Source of the DNA: a bacterium
GTDB taxonomy: Bacteria > UBA8248
Direction: 5' to 3'
NCBI GenBank assembly: GCA_965204535.1
Contig: CBDBEV010000001.1
Span: 2,624,001-2,688,000 of the forward strand
Length of the DNA: 64,000 nt
Below are positions 18,283 to 27,530 of the stretch, piece by piece (positions within the stretch are counted from its first letter, which is position 1; every line of letters begins with the position of its first letter). The notes below the pieces were generated by a model. It worked only from the letters and a program-made list of their open reading frames with translations. It had not been told where the DNA came from and searched no databases. The position numbers and the translations under genes were made by a program.

Positions 18283-19128
18283 TCAGGCCGCCTTGAGCAC
18301 GCAGTAAGAATAGAGTTTCAACAGGTCGGCCGTGACGTCCATAAACTCCTCAATGGCCGCTGCGGATTCCGGTGCGCGGCGCTCGCCGACTTCCAGGAGG
18401 CTTTCGGATTTCACTACTTCGAGGCCGTGTTTTTCCGTCAGAACAGAGAGGTCGTCGAAGCCCGTCACCCATTTCACCCCGAAGTTGCTTTCGAAAAGGT
18501 CCGTGAATTCGCTGATTCTCTCATCGCCGGAGGTGCGGTTGATCACCTTTTCGGAGAGATAATCGAAAGCGATGGTCATGTTGGGAACCTGCGTGCGCAT
18601 TTTATCGAGGAAGTCATGGATAAGTGTGAGCGGCAGGTACATGGTGTTGCCTTCCCATATGAACAGGATGGGCGCTTCGAGGTCGAAACCCGCCAGGCTG
18701 AGTTCCTGGGGCAGGTCGACTTCCAGGTAATTGCACTCGATCCCGGCGCAGGGCGTGACGCCGCCTGCTTCGAGGACCTTGCTCTTGAACTGCAGGACCG
18801 CAGGCTGGTCGACGTCACAGAACCTGACGCCCTCGGTCTGATAGATATGGGCGCGCATGTCGAAGCCCGCGCCGAGCGAGACGATCTGCTTCACGCCGTC
18901 CTCGATGGCGCGCTCGACGACCTCGCTCATGACGCAAACCCGAAAACGCACCAGCTCCCTCGCGGGCGGAAAAACTTCTATCTGCTCTTGCACCTTTCCC
19001 TCGATTTCCTCGTTCACGAACCACGCCGCGTAGGGATCGTCGAACAGCTTGTGTTCTTGCTCCTTCTCCATGGCGCGGATGGAGGATACGAAAAATGCGG
19101 TTGCGCCGACTTCGTTGATGATGTCCAC
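18283..19128 (-). CDS. SAM-dependent methyltransferase, LCM/TIGR00027-like (paralogue 1)
   Basis: Same motifs; GTG start after AGAGGAG. Confidence 0.92.
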   Translation of the reverse strand: MDIINEVGATAFFVSSIRAMEKEQEHKLFDDPYAAWFVNEEIEGKVQEQIEVFPPARELVRFRVCVMSEVVERAIEDGVKQIVSLGAGFDMRAHIYQTEGVRFCDVDQPAVLQFKSKVLEAGGVTPCAGIECNYLEVDLPQELSLAGFDLEAPILFIWEGNTMYLPLTLIHDFLDKMRTQVPNMTIAFDYLSEKVINRTSGDERISEFTDLFESNFGVKWVTGFDDLSVLTEKHGLEVVKSESLLEVGERRAPESAAAIEEFMDVTADLLKLYSYCVLKAA

Positions 19129-19316
19129 CGCCGTGGCTCCTCTGGGTTGGGTATGACGCTCCATTCCCCGGGGTGAAGGGTAGGTGCGCCTCGTGTCGTC
19201 CTCGTATGCCCTCGTTTGACCAGACGGGATGATAGCCGAGAGCGGCGGGAGCGGGCAATGAAAAAATAGCGATCACATGCTCCCGCAGCACCCCGGAAAA
19301 TGACCGAGGGTCCTCC

Positions 19317-19742
19317 TCAGTCCACGACCGCTATCGCGTTGACCTCCACCAGGCATCTGGGGTCGGTGGCGAGGCGTACGACCTGAAGCGTGGTGGAGGC
19401 GGTCCGGTGGTCGCCGAAATACTCTTTCCGGATGGCCCCCGCCTCTTCTGCGCCCTCCATCGTCGTCGAGAAGAACTGGAAGAAGACGATGTCGCTGAAC
19501 GCCCCGCCCACGGCTTCCAGGCTTTTCTTCAAGTTCTCAAGGGCCATGCGCGTCTGGGTGGGCAGATCGTCTGGCAGCGTGTCGAACTCCTCGGGCCGGT
19601 GGGGGTGGTGGTGATAGGGCGGCGCGGCCGTAACGCCCGCGAAATAAACGGTCGTCCCCTCGCTCGCCTTGATGGCCATCGAGTAGGGCGTCCAGACGTC
19701 GAGCCTGTCGGGCCAGTCCACACACTCAATCTGCTTCGGCAT
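19317..19742 (-). CDS. RidA/YjgF family protein
   Basis: PYSMAIK, QTRMALENLK..LEA.G, TASTTLQV..L, LVEVNAIA. Confidence 0.88.
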   Translation of the reverse strand: MPKQIECVDWPDRLDVWTPYSMAIKASEGTTVYFAGVTAAPPYHHHPHRPEEFDTLPDDLPTQTRMALENLKKSLEAVGGAFSDIVFFQFFSTTMEGAEEAGAIRKEYFGDHRTASTTLQVVRLATDPRCLVEVNAIAVVD

Positions 19743-19835
19743 TCTCGGTCTCCTTCAGAAAGAAAAAGTCGAAAAAATGGGTAATGCGCTGCAACCAGGG
19801 CCGGGGGAGGCGATCCTTCCCGGCGCCCCGCCCGG

Positions 19836-21029
19836 CTACTCGGCCGGCAGGCCGGTGATCCGCGAGCTGATTTTGATCCGGTAGATGTGGTTGTTGCCTG
19901 CGCCGTGGAGAAAGGAGATCACGTCGCGCAGGTATTTCTCGACCGGGCACTCGCGCATGTAGCCCAGCCCGCCGTGCACCTCGAGCGCCAGGCGGCAGAC
20001 CTCATATGCTGCCTCCGAGCAGACCACCTTGGTGAGCCACGACATTTTGGGGTCATACTCCTCGGCGTGATCCACCGCCCAGGAGGTCCGCCACAAGACG
20101 GAGCGTGCCGTCTCCAGCCTCGTGTACATCTCCCCGATCATCTGGGCGACGGACTGATGAGCGCCGATGGGTTTTCCGCCCTGCACCCTCTCCTGTGAAT
20201 AGCGCACGGCTTCCTCGAAGGCGGCCCGGCCCGCGCCCAGCACGGTCGCCCCGTAGCCGCCCCGTCCGCGCGCGATGCGGCTCGTGCGCAGTGCCTCGGC
20301 CTGCCCCTCTTGCTCCCCCAGCCGGTTGATTGCGGGGACTTCCGCGTTCTCGAAGACGAGCGTGGCGTTGCTGAGAAGCCTTCTGCCCATCTTGTCGTGG
20401 ACCCGGCCGACGCTCAGTCCCGGCGTGTCCGCGGGGACGAGAAACGGCGTCATGCCCTTCAAGCCCCCTTGTGTCCTGTCGGTGCGCGTGTAGACGATGT
20501 AGAGCCTGGCCGTCCCGCCGTTGCTGATGAAGCTCTTGACGCCGCTGAGGCGGTAGACGTCCCCTTTTCGCTCGGCGCGCATCTGAACGCCCGCGCCGGG
20601 TGCGTCGTAGGGCAGGACGTGATCGGTGCCGGCATCGGGTTCCGTCATGCACGTCGCCAGATGATAGCGGTGATCCGAGACGAACGCCGGGAGGAAGCGC
20701 TCTTTTTGCTCGTCGTTCGTCCAGTGTTCAAGGATGGGGGTGAACTTCCAGGTCTGATCGAAGGTGGCGGCCACGCCGAGGTCGCCGGCCCCGAGTTCCT
20801 CGCCCACGATGGAGAGGGTGAGCATGTCGGCCCCGCCGCCGTGCTCATCAGACAGCGCCAGCGTGCGGAGGCCGAGCCTGGACCCCTCCTCGACGACGTC
20901 GTAGGGGATGCAGTCGAGCGGGTCGGGGTTCCTGTCGTACTCCGCGGCGATGGGGCGCACGTGGCGTTCGACGTAATCACGCGCGAGTTTCTGGAGCACC
21001 TTTTGTTCGTCGGTCAGGGAAAAGTCCAT
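19836..21029 (-). CDS. Acyl-CoA dehydrogenase family protein
   Basis: MDFSLTDEQ, CMTEPDAGTD, GVKSFISNG, ERVQGGKPI, EVHGGLGY....VEKYLRD. Confidence 0.95.
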   Translation of the reverse strand: MDFSLTDEQKVLQKLARDYVERHVRPIAAEYDRNPDPLDCIPYDVVEEGSRLGLRTLALSDEHGGGADMLTLSIVGEELGAGDLGVAATFDQTWKFTPILEHWTNDEQKERFLPAFVSDHRYHLATCMTEPDAGTDHVLPYDAPGAGVQMRAERKGDVYRLSGVKSFISNGGTARLYIVYTRTDRTQGGLKGMTPFLVPADTPGLSVGRVHDKMGRRLLSNATLVFENAEVPAINRLGEQEGQAEALRTSRIARGRGGYGATVLGAGRAAFEEAVRYSQERVQGGKPIGAHQSVAQMIGEMYTRLETARSVLWRTSWAVDHAEEYDPKMSWLTKVVCSEAAYEVCRLALEVHGGLGYMRECPVEKYLRDVISFLHGAGNNHIYRIKISSRITGLPAE

Positions 21030-21038
21030 CGGGATTCC

Positions 21039-21812
21039 TCAACTATTTCCGGCAATGAGACCCTCGCGTACCTTGGGCATGGTGACCGCGAGGTCCAGAA
21101 TCGGCAGCCCGTGGGAGGGCGCGACCACGGCGACGCCCAGCTCTTCGAGCAGCTCTTCCAGGCGGTCCGAATAGATGTTCATGTCGGCGAAGCGCGTCCA
21201 GAACAGCGCCCGCTCCGCGAACACGCCCAGTACGTCCGCCAGATCGAGCGAGGTGGCTTCTTCCGCGACTTGCCCGCAGTGGCCGTCCCAGTGGTAGTGG
21301 CTGTAGGCGAAGCCGTCCCCCGGGAAGAGGGCGCGCGCGCCGGTGTCGAACCCCCAGAGCGAGGTTCTGAGATCGCGGATGACTGGCTCGACGGCGATGA
21401 ACCGCCTGTCGCCCAGGTCGATCTCGTCGCCGACCTCCATGTGCTTCATCCTGTGCGCATGCTCGGGGTAGGAGAGGTGGTAGTCGCTCACGTCGCAATG
21501 GACCGTCATCTCGGGGTATGCTTCGAGCAGCCTTCCGAGTCTGCCCGCGTGGGGCGTTTCCTGGTGCGAGAGAAAGAGGTATTTCAGTTCGGAGCCGCGC
21601 TCGGCCAGAATTTCGCGAACCTGGCGGGATACGACCGGGTAATCCCCCTGGTGGCCCGTTTCGACCAGCATCGAGCCTTCTTTGCCGATGAGGAGAAAGG
21701 CCGCGTTGTAGCTGTGATAGATCTTTCCCTTGTGGTGCTGTTCGTGGCAGATGCCGAGCCAGAAGATGCCGGGAGCGATTTCGCGCGGGAGGGGATTGTC
21801 CTTCGCGTCCAT
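21039..21812 (-). CDS. MBL-fold metalloprotein, FprA/ODP-like N-domain
   Basis: PREIAPGIFWLG, NAAFLL, SHQETPHAG, LFPGDGF, APSHG. Confidence 0.85.
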   Translation of the reverse strand: MDAKDNPLPREIAPGIFWLGICHEQHHKGKIYHSYNAAFLLIGKEGSMLVETGHQGDYPVVSRQVREILAERGSELKYLFLSHQETPHAGRLGRLLEAYPEMTVHCDVSDYHLSYPEHAHRMKHMEVGDEIDLGDRRFIAVEPVIRDLRTSLWGFDTGARALFPGDGFAYSHYHWDGHCGQVAEEATSLDLADVLGVFAERALFWTRFADMNIYSDRLEELLEELGVAVVAPSHGLPILDLAVTMPKVREGLIAGNS

Positions 21813-21814
21813 GA

Positions 21815-22705
21815 TTACCTTTCCATGTTGCGGGGGACGTAGCGCGGCGAGACGACGGAGCGGTCCAGATCGCGCAGAACCTCGTCGAGCACCGTGAACT
21901 GGCGTTCGACTTGTTCGCGCCCGAGGAGGATGGCTCCGTAACCGGGGGCGATGTTCTCGATGTCGTAGCTCTCGAAGACGTCGGCGATGCCCTTTCTCAT
22001 CGGTCCGGTTTCCACACCCTCGAGCCACCAGTAGCGCGTGTTCAGCAAAAACGAGCGCACGAATGCGGAGGTCGCCACCCCCTCGTCCTCCACCGCCCAG
22101 GGGCCTTCGGGGTCGTCCCCCCACACGTGGCTGAACATGTCCGATGAGAAGAGGGTGCGGGTGGCTTCGTCGTAGATCCACATGGTGGTGATGAGGCGGA
22201 TGGGCGCGTTGATGCCGTGGATGACGCGATTCTTGTTCCCGCCGACGCGGCATTCGAGCTCGTTTCCAAGGACGGTCGTGGGGAATATCTGATCCTCCTC
22301 GCTCTTGGGGCCGAACTCCTTCACGTCGAAATCGAGCCAGAAATCCATGTCGGGCCGCCGAGCGAAGCACTCCACGACGTTGAACTCCCTGGCGAGGGCC
22401 GCCGCGTTTCCGACGGACATGAACTCGTTCAGCCTGAGCGGGTAGATCGAAAGCGGGGTTTCGGGTGTGATGATCGAGCCTATCTGCTCGAAGAGGGAAT
22501 CCCTGTGCCCGCCATAGCCCGTGTCGAGGAGAATCGCGCCGTCTTCCTCGCAAAGCAGATAGCAGTTGGACGGAGCGAACCCCCTGGCGCTCAGAGGATA
22601 GGCGCTTATCCGCCCGTCGAGCTCGAATACGTTGTGCAGGGCGTAGGCCTTGCCGCCTCCCAAATCCGTGATGCAGCTATGGGACAACACACTGCTGTTG
22701 GTCAT
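21815..22705 (-). CDS. MBL-fold protein with degenerate metal-binding motif
   Basis: NCYLL....AILLDTG, WIYDEATRTLFSSDMF, IAPGYG; the HxExxH motif is replaced by RLNEFMS. Confidence 0.8.
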   Translation of the reverse strand: MTNSSVLSHSCITDLGGGKAYALHNVFELDGRISAYPLSARGFAPSNCYLLCEEDGAILLDTGYGGHRDSLFEQIGSIITPETPLSIYPLRLNEFMSVGNAAALAREFNVVECFARRPDMDFWLDFDVKEFGPKSEEDQIFPTTVLGNELECRVGGNKNRVIHGINAPIRLITTMWIYDEATRTLFSSDMFSHVWGDDPEGPWAVEDEGVATSAFVRSFLLNTRYWWLEGVETGPMRKGIADVFESYDIENIAPGYGAILLGREQVERQFTVLDEVLRDLDRSVVSPRYVPRNMER

Positions 22706-22908
22706 GAATGCATTTCTCCGTGTTGCCCTTTGGAAAATAGCCGCGATTCTCTCCCGATCTTCGGGTTCCCTCGCACATTGGGATTTTCAAGATGTTGACA
22801 TTAGACAGGAATTGAGGCGTTTTTGCACCTTCCTCAAGGCAATTGCAGGGCGAACGTCATGACCCCTCTACTGGACGCCATGCAAAGCGCCCCTCCGAAA
22901 ACGTCCAT

Positions 22909-22937
22909 TTGTAAATTTCACCGAGAAATGGTATCGT
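22909..22937 (+). promoter_or_regulatory. Candidate sigma70 promoter for the tct operon
   Basis: TTGTAA-17 bp-TATCGT in the AT-rich divergent intergenic region. Confidence 0.3.
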
Positions 22938-23012
22938 AAATCATACCTATCACCCACAGCAGTGGGGGTCCTACCTACCCCATCATACCCACCCCTCAGA
23001 AGGAGGAAGACC

Positions 23013-24005
23013 ATGTCGATCTCCAAACGCATTCTTGTTCTCGTAGCTGTTCTTGTTTTGTGGGCCGCTCCGGCTCTCGCCGCCAAGAAGTTCCCCTCCA
23101 AGCCGATGGAACTGGTGTGCACCACATCGCCCGGTTCGAGCGTGGCGGTCTGGTGCCAGCTTCTCGCCCAGGAGTTTCCAAAAGTGCTCGGCGTTCCCAT
23201 GCGGGTGACCTTCAAGAGCGGAGGCTCGCAGCACGAGCCGGTTCTCTACGTCTCGGGCAAGCCCGCCGACGGGCACATCATCATGCACATCAGCGCGAGT
23301 TTCTACGGGTATTTCCACCTGCCGCACTACAGGAGGTCGTACGACGACTTCCAGACGCTGGCCCAGGTGGAGAAGCACGTTTACGGCGTCGCGGTGAAGT
23401 GCAACAACAAGTACGGCATCAAGACGTTCGAGGATCTCGTCGCCTACGCCAAGAAGAATCCCGGCAAACTGTCGATGGGCTCCAACAAGAGAGGCTCCAC
23501 CCACCACCGCCATCAACTCGCTTTCCTGAAGGCCGCGGGCATCGGGGACAAGGTCCGCACGATCTTCTACCGGGGCGACGGCAACGTGGTGAAGGACGTA
23601 CTCGGCGGCCACCTCCCCAGCGGGCAGGCCTCGCCACGCACGTGGAGGCCGCATATCGAGGCGGGAACCATCTGCCCGCTCGTCTCGCAGACCCACAAGC
23701 GCCTCTCGCACGACCCGATCTGGAAGAACGTCCGGAGCGCGGTGGAAGTCGGCCTCAAATACGACCTCCCGCTCCACTGGCAGGGCCTCATGGTCAAGCG
23801 GGGCACGCCTCCGGAAGTCATGAAAATACTGGAAGACGCCGTGTACAAGGTGACCAGCTCGCCTGACTACAAGGACTATCTCGCCAAGGGGACGCACATC
23901 GTCCTGGACGTCAAGACGGGCTCGGAGTGGCTCAACAAGGACATGGCGAAGAACCAGGCGGTCGTGAAACAATTCATGATCGACCACAAGATCATCAAGA
24001 AGTAG
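23013..24005 (+). CDS. tctC: Tripartite tricarboxylate transporter binding protein (Bug/TctC)
   Basis: Signal peptide, FPSKPMELV, KPADGH, AKKNPGKL, DVLGGH; AGGAGG RBS. Confidence 0.92.
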   Translation: MSISKRILVLVAVLVLWAAPALAAKKFPSKPMELVCTTSPGSSVAVWCQLLAQEFPKVLGVPMRVTFKSGGSQHEPVLYVSGKPADGHIIMHISASFYGYFHLPHYRRSYDDFQTLAQVEKHVYGVAVKCNNKYGIKTFEDLVAYAKKNPGKLSMGSNKRGSTHHRHQLAFLKAAGIGDKVRTIFYRGDGNVVKDVLGGHLPSGQASPRTWRPHIEAGTICPLVSQTHKRLSHDPIWKNVRSAVEVGLKYDLPLHWQGLMVKRGTPPEVMKILEDAVYKVTSSPDYKDYLAKGTHIVLDVKTGSEWLNKDMAKNQAVVKQFMIDHKIIKK

Positions 24006-24019
24006 AGGGTTTTCGAGCG

Positions 24020-24041
24020 GACGGCGGAAGGTTCCGCCGTC
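24020..24041 (+). terminator. Intercistronic stem-loop after tctC
   Basis: GACGGCGGAA-GG-TTCCGCCGTC inverted repeat. Confidence 0.55.
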
Positions 24042-24055
24042 AATAAGGCGCGGAC

Positions 24056-24604
24056 ATGACGGAAGAAAAAGAAAACAGCGCGTCCTCTCCCTATGAGTTG
24101 AAGGTTCCGATGAGGGCGGCGGTGTTGACCACCACCGCCCTCATCCTGGGGGGACTCGCGTTTCTCTACTACGAAACCTTCAAGATGCAGCCTCCCTACG
24201 AGCCGGGGTATCCGGGCGACGCCTTTTTTCCCCGGCTGGCGCTCGGTTTCTCGATTATCTGGGCGGTGATCATCCTGGCGCGCGGGTTTTTCCTGCCCCA
24301 GGCGGCGCAGGCCGAGGGAGACGAGGAGCCATATCTACAGGGGCATTGGCTGGAGTTCGCCTCCATCGTCGCGTTCGTTTACCTCTACGCGCTTCTGCTC
24401 GAACCGATAGGGTTCGAGATCATGACCATCGTTCTCATGATGTGCCTGCTGGTCCCGCGCATGCGGGTGGAATCGGCGCCGCGCGGCGCGCTGCTGCTGG
24501 GGTTCGCGTTGTCTTTTGTGACGATGATCGTCCTGTATCTGGGGCTGGTGCCGATGCTCAATATCCCGTTGCCGCTCAAATTCCTGCCGATCTATATCCT
24601 CTAG
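24056..24604 (+). CDS. tctB: TctB family small membrane subunit
   Basis: PGDAFFPRL, LLEPIGF, IPLP; hydrophobic, between tctC and tctA. Confidence 0.88.
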   Translation: MTEEKENSASSPYELKVPMRAAVLTTTALILGGLAFLYYETFKMQPPYEPGYPGDAFFPRLALGFSIIWAVIILARGFFLPQAAQAEGDEEPYLQGHWLEFASIVAFVYLYALLLEPIGFEIMTIVLMMCLLVPRMRVESAPRGALLLGFALSFVTMIVLYLGLVPMLNIPLPLKFLPIYIL

Positions 24605-24633
24605 GGCCGCAATCGATGGAAGGGAAGTGATAG

Positions 24634-26163
24634 ATGGAAGGAACTCTCGGGCACATATTCGCAGCGACCGGCCAACTCGCCTCGCCCGCGATCCTCGCGA
24701 TCATGCTGGGGGGCGTCGCGGTCGGCGTCCTCATGGGCGCCATGCCGGGTTTCGGCAGTTCTCAGGCGCTGGCCCTTCTCTTTCCGCTGACCTTCAAGAT
24801 GCCGGTGGAATACGCGACCATGTTCTTCCTCGCCGTCTATTCCGGGGTCGAATACGGGAGCTCCATACCGGCCATCCTGATCCGCACGCCGGGGACGGGG
24901 GCGTCCGCCGTCACCGTTCTCGACGGCTACACCATGACCCGCAACGGACTCGCGCGAAAGGCGCTGCGCATCTCCCTCTACTCGGGCGTCATCGGCGGCG
25001 TCACCAGTACGCTCATCTTCATCATCGCCGGCACTTCGCTCGGCAACATCGCCCTGATGTTCGGGCCGGGCGAGTTGTTCGCGGTCGGCGTGTTCGGCCT
25101 GTCGATCGTGGCGAGCTTCTTCGGAAAAGACGCCGCGCGCGGTTTCCTCGCCACGGGCATCGGATTGTTGTTGGCCACGGTCGGGAGTTCGGGTTTCGGC
25201 GGGCTGCGGTTCACCTTCGACCAGGGATATCTGATGGACGGCATTCCGCTCGTCGTCGTCATCATCGCCTTCCTGGCGGGGCCGGAGGCGTTCAATCTCC
25301 TGGTGGAGCACAGGCGCACCATCGAGAGCAAGGAAACCGCAGCGCAAGGCGCCGCCGATGAGCGCAACCGGATTCTGCCGTCGGAAGTCAAAAGGCTCAT
25401 CCCCACCTGGATTCGCGCGAGCCTCATCGGAACGGGGGTTGGCGCCGTGCCGGGAGCGGGCGGTTCCATCGCCGGGATGCTGGCCTACAGCGAGGAGAGG
25501 CGGTGGTCGAAGCGCTCGGAGGAGTTCGGCACCGGCATCATCGAGGGCGTCGCCGCGCCCGAGTGCTCGAACAACGCCCTGGTCGCAGGCACGCTCGTGC
25601 CCTCGCTCTCGCTCGGCATTCCGGGTTCGGGCGGCGCGGCCATTCTTTTAGGCGTGCTGATCAGCAAGGGTCTGGTTCCCGGCCCGCTGCTCTTCCGGGA
25701 CAACGGGACCTTCGTGATGACGGTGTTCATCGGCCTTTTCGTGATCAACCTCATGCTCCTGTGCACGGGACTCGTCGGTACCCGCGCCTTCAGCTTAGTC
25801 GCCAAGGTGCCCCGCCGCATCCTGGGGCCGTTCGTCCTGATTCTCATCGTCGTCGGCAGCTACGTGTATGCGAACTACACGGCCCACGTCGTCATGGTGC
25901 TCATCCTGGGGGCGCTCGCCTACTTCTTCGAGAAGGTTAACATTCCCGTCGTGCCCATCGTGCTCGCGTTCATCATGGGGCCGATTATCGAGATCAACCT
26001 GAGCCGCGCGCTCACGATCTCGGGCGGAGATATGTGGGCGCTCCTCTCCAGCCCCATCACGGCGACGATACTCGTGCTCTCGCTCATCACGGCGGTCTAC
26101 AGCATGGCCGCGATGTTACGGGCGGCGCGGCTCGGGCTGACAGGGGGAACTCCCGCCGAATAG
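24634..26163 (+). CDS. tctA: TctA family permease
   Basis: GAMPG, YGSSIPAILIRTPGT, DGY, GVAAPECSNNA, LGIPGS, PGPLLF. Confidence 0.95.
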   Translation: MEGTLGHIFAATGQLASPAILAIMLGGVAVGVLMGAMPGFGSSQALALLFPLTFKMPVEYATMFFLAVYSGVEYGSSIPAILIRTPGTGASAVTVLDGYTMTRNGLARKALRISLYSGVIGGVTSTLIFIIAGTSLGNIALMFGPGELFAVGVFGLSIVASFFGKDAARGFLATGIGLLLATVGSSGFGGLRFTFDQGYLMDGIPLVVVIIAFLAGPEAFNLLVEHRRTIESKETAAQGAADERNRILPSEVKRLIPTWIRASLIGTGVGAVPGAGGSIAGMLAYSEERRWSKRSEEFGTGIIEGVAAPECSNNALVAGTLVPSLSLGIPGSGGAAILLGVLISKGLVPGPLLFRDNGTFVMTVFIGLFVINLMLLCTGLVGTRAFSLVAKVPRRILGPFVLILIVVGSYVYANYTAHVVMVLILGALAYFFEKVNIPVVPIVLAFIMGPIIEINLSRALTISGGDMWALLSSPITATILVLSLITAVYSMAAMLRAARLGLTGGTPAE

Positions 26164-26422
26164 GCGGGAAAGGTGGGGCGCTCGCCCGGTTGTGGTAGTC
26201 TCATCAACGATATGCCCGAGGCGTCAGGATCGCAGTAGTTGTAGTCGCCTGCACTGCCAGCCAGGTGGTTAGCGCCCGCATCACTTGCATACCGCCACCC
26301 GTGAACACGTGCTCGAGGTTCCAGGCAAGCGGATGGGGAATTGAATTCGTTCTCCAGTTATTTGCCGACGCGCCCTCGGTTGCCGCGGGAATTTCCGATA
26401 ATCGGAGGACACTGATTTTTTA

Positions 26423-27316
26423 ATGCAGGAGAAAATCATGGGTGAAAAGCTGGGAATGATCGGACTGGGAAAGATGGGACTCCCGCTCTCGCGGCAGATG
26501 ATGGCGGACGGCCACGAGATCGTCGGCTACGACATCGACCCCGCGCGGATGAAGATGCTGGAGGAGGAAGGCGGGCGCCCCGCCGCTTCGGCGCGGGAAG
26601 TGGCCGAGCAAAGCGACATCACTTTCAGCATTCTCTTGAAACCCGAGCACATTGAGGAAAACACGTTCGGCCCGAAAGGCATCGTCGCCGCCGGAAAGAA
26701 GGGTCTCATTCACGTCGAAATGAGCACCATGGAGCCCTCCTTTCAGGCTGATCTGGCTGCGCGGCTCGCCGCCGAGGGGGTCGAGATGCTGGATGCGCCG
26801 ATATCGGGTTCCCACAACCGGGTCGATACGCGAACCATTTCCTTCATGGTGGGCGGCAAAAAAGAAGTATTCGATCGGGTCAGGCCGATTCTTGATCCGC
26901 TGGCGGCGGATGCGGCCCACACGGGTCCGAGCGGAACCGGGGCCACCATGAAAGTCGTGACCAACCTTTTCGTCAACTCGTGCACGGCGCTGTTCGCCGA
27001 GTTGATCGTGGTGGGCGAGCGCGCGGGGCTCTCGCATGAGATCATGAAGCATTGCCTCTCGAAGGGTTCCGTGCAGGGTTCCATGCTTTCACAGACTGCT
27101 CCCAGAATGTTCGAGAGAGATTTCGCCCCGCGCGGGGCGGTGGAGATATTCGTGAAGGACATGGGCCTCGCGATCAAGCTTGCCGAGGAACACGGGGTCG
27201 AACTCGCCGTGGTTCCCGCGGCGCGCAAGATGTTCGAGCGGGCCGAGGCCGCCGGCTGGGGAAAGGACGACGCCAGCCGCGTCATTGAGGTGTACGAAGG
27301 GAAGGATATGCAATAG
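26423..27316 (+). CDS. NAD(P)-dependent beta-hydroxyacid dehydrogenase (3-hydroxyisobutyrate dehydrogenase family)
   Basis: GMIGLGKMG, EMST, LDAPISG, MKVVTN, KDMGLA. Confidence 0.92.
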   Translation: MQEKIMGEKLGMIGLGKMGLPLSRQMMADGHEIVGYDIDPARMKMLEEEGGRPAASAREVAEQSDITFSILLKPEHIEENTFGPKGIVAAGKKGLIHVEMSTMEPSFQADLAARLAAEGVEMLDAPISGSHNRVDTRTISFMVGGKKEVFDRVRPILDPLAADAAHTGPSGTGATMKVVTNLFVNSCTALFAELIVVGERAGLSHEIMKHCLSKGSVQGSMLSQTAPRMFERDFAPRGAVEIFVKDMGLAIKLAEEHGVELAVVPAARKMFERAEAAGWGKDDASRVIEVYEGKDMQ

Positions 27317-27530
27317 TCCTGCGGCGGTGGAAGCCGGCGCCCGAGGGCGGTCTCGTAGATTTTTTGCGTTCTCGGAAAATCGGCTATTCCATTGAAACCG
27401 ATGGGAAATACCATACGCCTCCTTTTTTCGTGCCTATCGTCCCCATTTGTTTTTTGGGACGAATCCATAATAGTCTTGAGCGGCATACTCGGACCATAAC
27501 AATTGAATTTCATACAGTGGCGGGGAGAAT

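Noticed and set aside
26164-26420. Atypical-composition spacer between tctA and the dehydrogenase
   Set aside because: No convincing ORF, repeat or RNA motif could be recognised on either strand.
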